A DNA stretch of 64,000 nt from an uncultured virus (IMG/VR IMGVR_UViG_3300030106_004658) (Duplodnaviria > Heunggongvirae > Uroviricota > Caudoviricetes > Crassvirales), in the IMG/VR virus record IMGVR_UViG_3300030106_004658. One strand, written 5' to 3'. Both the position numbers and the translations under genes were made by a program. Positions 60,030 to 64,000 of the stretch are shown piece after piece. The notes beneath the pieces were generated by a model. It searched no databases, was not told the origin of the DNA, and was given only the letters and a program-made list of their open reading frames with translations. Numbering within the stretch: the stretch's first letter is position 1; each line of letters begins with the position of its first letter.

Positions 60030-61750
60030 TGAATATTCAAGATACAGAGATCAATGGATTCTTGATTGACCAATTCAATCAATACAGTCTAAAACCTGGG
60101 AGCACCCAAGGGACTTGTCCCTTGTGCTCTCACACTAGACAACCTAAGAATCAGAAGTTACAATGTGCTTCTTATGATTGGGAACGTGGTCTCGGGACTT
60201 GTCATAACTGTGATACTAGTTTCCAGTTACATACTTACCAGCGTAAGGGTAATGCAACTAGAGAATATGTGAAACCAATACCGGTTGAAGTGTTCAAACC
60301 AGTTAAAGACAAGGCTGTTAAATGGTTTAAAACTAGAGGTATAACTCAACAAACGTTAAATGACCTATGCGTTACAACGGGTGAAGAGTTTATGCCTCAA
60401 ACAGGGCAGAAAGAAAACACTATACAATTTAATTATATTATGGGTGATGAACTTATTAATGTAAAGTATAGAGATGGCCGTAAGAATTTTAAACTATACA
60501 AAGGTGCTGAAAAGATATTCTATAATATAAATAGTATTGTAGGATATGACTGGTGCGTTATCACTGAAGGTGAAATGGATGCGTTAGCATTGCACGAAGC
60601 TGGAATTAAAAATGTGATATCAGTTCCTAACGGTGCCACGTTAAATAGCAATAATCTAGATTATCTAGATAATTGTATTGATTATTTTGAAGATAAGAAT
60701 AAAGTTATATTAGCAGTCGATGCTGATGAGGCTGGTCAAGCTTTAAGATACGAGCTAATTAGGCGTCTTGGTGCTGAAGTCTGTTATTTAGTAGATTTTA
60801 ATGGCAATAAAGATGCTAACGACTTTTTAATAGAACACGGAGCAGAAGAACTTAGAAAAGTTATAACATCTGCAACACAAGTTCCACTAGAAGGTGTTTC
60901 AACTCTTAAAGATATAGAGGCTGATTTACTTGACTTTGTACACAATGGTTTCAAACCTGGCTATCAGGTTGGTTTAGAGAATTTTGATAGAATATTCTCC
61001 ACATACACCTCGCAGTTTATAACTGTTACAGGTATACCATCATCTGGTAAATCAGACTTTGTAGACCAAATGTGTATAGGTTATAATAGAAATTATGGTT
61101 GGAAAACAGCTTATGCGTCTCCTGAAAACAAACCTAATTTTCTACACGCTCACAAACTAATACGTAAAACATGGGAAGGTATGCCAACAAAAGATGATGT
61201 TGGTAGTGATAAATGGAAACAAATCACTGAACATATTAATGATAATTATTTCTTTATTGATATGGACAGGTACACACTTGAAGATGTGTTACGTAAGGGC
61301 GCTGAGCTTGTAAAACGTAAAGGTATTAAATGTTTAGTCATTGATCCTTTTAATAAGATTAGAGATGTTGACTGTAAGACTGAAGATGTTAATCGTTATA
61401 CTATGGAGTATTTAACTAAGATTGAGACATTTGCTAAAAAGTATGATGTACTAGTTATGGTTGTTGCTCACCCTACTAAAATGTACAGAGACAAAGAGGG
61501 TAAAATTGAAGAACCCACAATGTATAGTATTAAGGGTGGTGGTGAATGGTATGATGCTAGTTATCACGGTCTTTTAGTTCATAGAGATTATGAAGCTCAA
61601 ACGGTTAAAGTTAAAGTTTTAAAAGTTAAGTTTCAAAACTTAGGTGAAAATCAAGCTGAAGCTCATTTTAATTGGGAGCCAAAATCAGGTAGTTACATAC
61701 CGTTAGTAACTGACACAGCTGAAGTTGGAGCGTTACCATGGGAAAGTTAA
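60029..61750 (+). CDS. Primase-helicase (T7 gp4/Twinkle-like)
   Basis: Zn-finger (CPLC...CHNC), TOPRIM (EGEMD, DAD), Walker A GIPSSGKS, VIDP. Confidence 0.9.
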   Translation: MNIQDTEINGFLIDQFNQYSLKPGSTQGTCPLCSHTRQPKNQKLQCASYDWERGLGTCHNCDTSFQLHTYQRKGNATREYVKPIPVEVFKPVKDKAVKWFKTRGITQQTLNDLCVTTGEEFMPQTGQKENTIQFNYIMGDELINVKYRDGRKNFKLYKGAEKIFYNINSIVGYDWCVITEGEMDALALHEAGIKNVISVPNGATLNSNNLDYLDNCIDYFEDKNKVILAVDADEAGQALRYELIRRLGAEVCYLVDFNGNKDANDFLIEHGAEELRKVITSATQVPLEGVSTLKDIEADLLDFVHNGFKPGYQVGLENFDRIFSTYTSQFITVTGIPSSGKSDFVDQMCIGYNRNYGWKTAYASPENKPNFLHAHKLIRKTWEGMPTKDDVGSDKWKQITEHINDNYFFIDMDRYTLEDVLRKGAELVKRKGIKCLVIDPFNKIRDVDCKTEDVNRYTMEYLTKIETFAKKYDVLVMVVAHPTKMYRDKEGKIEEPTMYSIKGGGEWYDASYHGLLVHRDYEAQTVKVKVLKVKFQNLGENQAEAHFNWEPKSGSYIPLVTDTAEVGALPWES

Positions 61751-62007
61751 AAGTAGCACACGGAACATACCCAGGTCACACCAGGATAGATGATGAATTA
61801 AAATCATATAGGTGGTGTCTTAGTAACAAAATAGTTATAGGACCTGTTCCGCTGTGGAATGAAAACTATGGTAAATGGACAGTAGAAATAAGAATGAACG
61901 GTAAAGTTAATACTGATCCAGCGAAATATGAAAGAGAGAGTATAATGCACAAGGTGTACGAATACTGTGATTACTATTATAATAAATATAAAAAAGATGG
62001 AGAATAG
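61738..62007 (+). CDS. Hypothetical protein
   Basis: ORF track. Confidence 0.55.
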   Translation: MGKLKVAHGTYPGHTRIDDELKSYRWCLSNKIVIGPVPLWNENYGKWTVEIRMNGKVNTDPAKYERESIMHKVYEYCDYYYNKYKKDGE

Positions 62008-62647
62008 ATTTAAAAACGCAAACGAAGCTTTTAAGTATTTTAAATGGCAAATACCAGAATATGGTATTGAATTTGATGACACACAAGCTTTATTTAATGT
62101 GGGTTTCTACTTAGAAAACCCAATGGACAATTTAATTAAAGATCAAGATCGTAATTGGAAATGGGATTATGCTGAAGCTGAATGGCAATGGTATTTATCT
62201 GGTCAAAACAACATAAGTATACTAGGTGAATTATATGGTAAAGTTCCCGAAATATGGAAACACATGGCTGATAGAGAGGGTTATGTTAATTCTAATTATG
62301 GTTGGCAATGGAAACGAGGTAATCAATTAGATGAGGTTATAGGTTTGTTAAAAGAAAACCCAAGAACTAGACAGGCCGCAATATCTATATATGATCGTAA
62401 AGAAGGGTACATGTACGATAATGATACACCGTGTACTTATGCTATTCAATTTACAATTGTAGCTCAACATCTTAATATGTGTGTTACGATGCGTTCTAAT
62501 GACCTCTGGTACGGTTTCTGCAACGATCAGTACTGTTTCTCTAAGTTACAGGAATTAGTTGCTACAGAGACAGGTTTGTTAATAGGTAGTTATTACCACT
62601 TTGCACACAATCTACATCTTTATGATAATATAATTGAAAAGCTATGA
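61997..62647 (+). CDS. Thymidylate-synthase-fold enzyme, dCMP hydroxymethylase-like
   Basis: DTPCT catalytic Cys, MRSNDLWYGFCND, HNLHLY. Confidence 0.75.
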   Translation: MENRFKNANEAFKYFKWQIPEYGIEFDDTQALFNVGFYLENPMDNLIKDQDRNWKWDYAEAEWQWYLSGQNNISILGELYGKVPEIWKHMADREGYVNSNYGWQWKRGNQLDEVIGLLKENPRTRQAAISIYDRKEGYMYDNDTPCTYAIQFTIVAQHLNMCVTMRSNDLWYGFCNDQYCFSKLQELVATETGLLIGSYYHFAHNLHLYDNIIEKL

Positions 62648-63459
62648 TAGATAATAAATATATAATATACCACATACCAGGAAAAAAGATCGGTGTTACG
62701 AATGACTTGTATAATAGAGTTGAATGTCAACAAGGTTATGAGGTAGGTGAGTATGAAATTCTAGAGTCTTCTGAAGATATAAAATACATATCTAAACGTG
62801 AAATAGAATTACAAAAGGAATACGGTTATAAAGTTGATCTTATTCCATATAATGAACTGAGTGTTAACCAAAAATTAAATAATATGAATATAAACGTTAC
62901 GGAACAAACTACTACGTTTCCGTGTCCATTAAATAAACTTAAAGGTAGGTTAATGGATAATCTTGAAATGCGCTGGGACACAGAGCACGGTCAAGTTTAC
63001 TTAGATGACGATCTAGCTAAATGGATAATTAAAAACGCAAAAACATCTATGTTTAATAACGAAAGGTGTTATGTTTATAATAAAGCTATGGCTAGATATC
63101 TAGACAATAGAAAAGACCAACTACCATTTCCAGAACAAAATGGACATTACAAACATGAAAACGACGTGGTTTTTTACTTTGACATGATTAGAGACTGGGC
63201 TGAAGAGCGCGGTATATATGCAAATGGAGATCCTAAAACTCAATCACTAAAATTAGTTGAAGAGGTTGGCGAGACTTGTCGAGCTATACTAAAACAAAAC
63301 AAAGATGATGCTATGGATGGTATCGGTGACTGCGTTGTTGTGTTAACTAATTTAGCTGAGTTATTAGATACGTCAATTGAAGAGTGTGTTGAAAGAGCTT
63401 ACGCTGAGATTAGCAATAGAACTGGTAAAATGAAAAATGGAACATTTGTAAAAGATTAA
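62644..63459 (+). CDS. GIY-YIG-like N-terminal domain fused to a MazG-like NTP pyrophosphohydrolase
   Basis: YIIY....KIGVT..L..R; KLVEEVGE...DGIGD. Confidence 0.7.
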   Translation: MIDNKYIIYHIPGKKIGVTNDLYNRVECQQGYEVGEYEILESSEDIKYISKREIELQKEYGYKVDLIPYNELSVNQKLNNMNINVTEQTTTFPCPLNKLKGRLMDNLEMRWDTEHGQVYLDDDLAKWIIKNAKTSMFNNERCYVYNKAMARYLDNRKDQLPFPEQNGHYKHENDVVFYFDMIRDWAEERGIYANGDPKTQSLKLVEEVGETCRAILKQNKDDAMDGIGDCVVVLTNLAELLDTSIEECVERAYAEISNRTGKMKNGTFVKD

Positions 63460-63462
63460 TAT

Positions 63463-63747
63463 ATGAGTGATAGAGAAATAATGAATGCTAAGGGTTTTGC
63501 GGTCATGGATAATGATGAACGTATATTTAGAGATCCTGTTGTAAAACGTGTTGTAGATAAATTTAGAGAGCGATCAGACGCTGGTTATGAAAAATATGGC
63601 ACGACTCTTCATGAAGAGAGAACAACGAAGATAAAAGGTCTTATGAAGTATTTAATTGATATTCAAGAAGAACTTATGGACGCGGTATTATACATACAAA
63701 CCGCACAAGAAGAACTTAAAGATATGTTAAATGAGAAAGAGACGTAA
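63463..63747 (+). CDS. Small all-alpha NTP-PPase-like phage protein
   Basis: RS..G..KYG.TL...QEELMD..Y. Confidence 0.55.
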   Translation: MSDREIMNAKGFAVMDNDERIFRDPVVKRVVDKFRERSDAGYEKYGTTLHEERTTKIKGLMKYLIDIQEELMDAVLYIQTAQEELKDMLNEKET

Positions 63748-64000
63748 AAAGAAAGGACCTGTTAGGTCTAAGAAGGTTGTGTTTGACGGCATAACCTTCG
63801 CCTCTGGTCTAGAAAGGTATATGTATCAAGCTTTAAAGAAAGCTAAAATAAAAGCTGAATATGAAGGTGAGACATTTACTTTGATAAACGGATTTAATTT
63901 TGAAATTGATAGTTATGAAAGACAATCTAATGGAAAAGGAGAATTTAAAAACAGAGGAGATAAAAAAGTATTACCAATTAAATACACACCAGATTTTGTA
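63731..64000 (+). CDS. Endonuclease I / resolvase-like PD-(D/E)XK nuclease, truncated by the window end
   Basis: Manual translation: ITFASGLE...YEGE...KYTPDF. Confidence 0.7.
   Translation, partial: MRKRRKKKGPVRSKKVVFDGITFASGLERYMYQALKKAKIKAEYEGETFTLINGFNFEIDSYERQSNGKGEFKNRGDKKVLPIKYTPDFV

Noticed and set aside
1..64000. Stop-codon reassignment, as in some crAss-like phages
   Set aside because: Long genes are intact in the standard code and no suppressor tRNA is seen

Overview
This is an AT-rich 64-kb piece of a lytic dsDNA podovirus-type phage genome, probably infecting Bacteroidota/Flavobacteriia. The host inference rests on starts without Shine-Dalgarno sites in an A-rich context, an Hc1-like gene, a T9SS-like C-terminal domain, and a structural module resembling crAss-like and Cellulophaga podoviruses. 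Positions 1-432 (+) are the end of a nucleotide-metabolism arm (class II RNR, Hc1). Positions ~546-49139 (-) form the late arm: small basic proteins, an envelope/lysis cassette, tail fibre, a 2968-aa multidomain protein, tail and ring proteins, capsid, scaffold, portal, terminase and GroEL/GroES. A C-rich strand-switch region lies at ~49.2-49.4 kb. Positions 49378-64000 (+) form the early/replication arm, with eight copies of a bipartite promoter-like motif, a tRNA-Arg, tRNA-like structured RNAs, ligase, DenV, a sigma factor, ERF, an exonuclease, primase-helicase, a dCMP-hydroxymethylase-like enzyme and MazG. The main leads are: (1) a sigma-70 region-2-like domain, a zincin and a HAD domain inside the giant protein, which may drive the 8-copy early promoter; (2) a shared N-terminal MAFK(M/L) tag on otherwise unrelated small late proteins, a candidate capsid-loading signal; (3) structured non-coding regions ending in anticodon-less tRNA mimics; (4) a possible cytosine-modification pathway. 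All calls are by eye from motifs; no database searches were run.
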